Part shown: in pieces, positions 63,103 through 64,000 of the stretch
Numbering within the stretch: the stretch's first letter is position 1
Layout: the number at the start of each line of letters is the position of its first letter
Source: Klebsormidium nitens
Taxonomy: Eukaryota > Plantae > Klebsormidiophyceae
Reading direction: 5' to 3'
Assembly: GCA_000708835.1 (NCBI GenBank)
Contig: DF237184.1
Location: forward strand, 1-64,000
DNA length: 64,000 nucleotides
Notes under the pieces: model-generated
What the model was told of the DNA's origin: nothing
The model's input: the letters and a program-made list of their open reading frames with translations, nothing else
Databases searched by the model: none
Made by a program: the position numbers and the translations under genes

Positions 63103-63989
63103 ATGTGGTTATCAACAGCTATAAAGCCATCTGGCATGACCGATGTCAAGCTGTAAAAGACCGTGGCTTGCTTTTTCAAGATCGCGTAAAACTCTTGCCT
63201 GTTGGCAAAACCATTGATGAGCTAACCGATGAGGATTTTGCGGCGCTTGCTGACGCTTGGAATAGAAAACAAACACCACTGCCTGTATGGCAGCATCATA
63301 GAGTTCGGCCCCGCCGTGGCCGTCCCCAGCCTCCTGTGGCTCCAAGCACCCATGCTCGAACTGTTGCGGCGCAACACCTTCGAGCTAGCCCGCTAGGTTC
63401 GGCTTCACCTCGAGCTTCAAACTTGGACCCTTCTGTCAGTGCCCGTCGCAATAAACGAAATCGGCTCCCCGATCTCAATCTCCCTGCACTTGCACCCGCA
63501 GCAAAACGGTCTGGCCCCACACGGCGACCTTCCTCCCAAGAGGATTTTGTCATGCCTGCTTCCTCCGCTTCGCTTGATAGTCAGGCTCTGTTATCAACAG
63601 AGTCATTGCAGGCCTTGCCTGCTTCGACTTCACCCTTCATCAACCTCGTGGATGCTCGTGCTTTAGCGCCTGCATCCAGGGTTTCTCTTTACAATCCTCC
63701 ACAGCAACAACAGCATTCTCCACCTCCTCCACGACCTGCTCACAAACGCTTGAGGACGATGCCACCTCAATCACTGCTCGACCTCAATCAGACTCCCTCC
63801 GACTCGGAATCCGAAGGCGAACCTCTCATCGATCCTCGACACGTCAGGAAACGGAGAAAATCGTAACGTCCCCGCTTAGACTCTTTAGTCTCTGAATCAT
63901 CTTACACATCGCTCCGCTTTTGCGGTATGCCAGTCCGCAGACTCCTTCTGATGAGCTGCGTACGGCCAGATTGTACATCACAAAAAAAA
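63103..63989 (+). mobile_element. 5'-truncated non-LTR retrotransposon (or retrocopy) insertion with polyA tail and probable TSD
   Basis: An ORF fragment with no start codon of its own (...SYKAIWHDRCQAVK...) ends at 63866, followed by a 3' tail and A8 at 63982-63989. GCCAACTCCCA at 63990-64000 directly repeats 63092-63102. Confidence 0.65.
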
Positions 63990-64000
63990 GCCAACTCCCA

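Overview
Eukaryotic, intron-rich, fairly GC-rich nuclear DNA with GT-AG introns and one 749-N scaffold gap. The gene style and a plastid-type TPR gene suggest a green alga or early streptophyte such as Klebsormidium (inference only). Gene models were built by hand from splice signals and remembered family motifs, with no database search. In order: an unknown nuclear protein (+), an atypical glutaredoxin (-), CDK5RAP1/MiaB-type tRNA methylthiotransferase (-), a very divergent DDB1-family triple beta-propeller (+), a DUF998 membrane protein (-), a PEPT1/SLC15-type peptide transporter (-), a plastid TPR membrane protein (+), an acidic ubiquitin-like-domain gene broken by a 13-bp insertion (+), ZC3H15/Tma46 (-), a 23-exon DIS3/RRP44 (+) with a Tourist-like MITE in intron 3, and a large unknown membrane-protein gene (-) that looks pseudogenised and is interrupted at the window end by a polyA-tailed, direct-repeat-flanked insertion. 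The most interesting signals are two paralogous first exons that swap TM1 of the peptide transporter (ExxERFxYY vs ExxERFxYK), recurrent degenerate copies of exon-intron junctions inside neighbouring introns of four genes, and the divergent DDB1 paralog. No rRNA, tRNA or CRISPR array was recognised.
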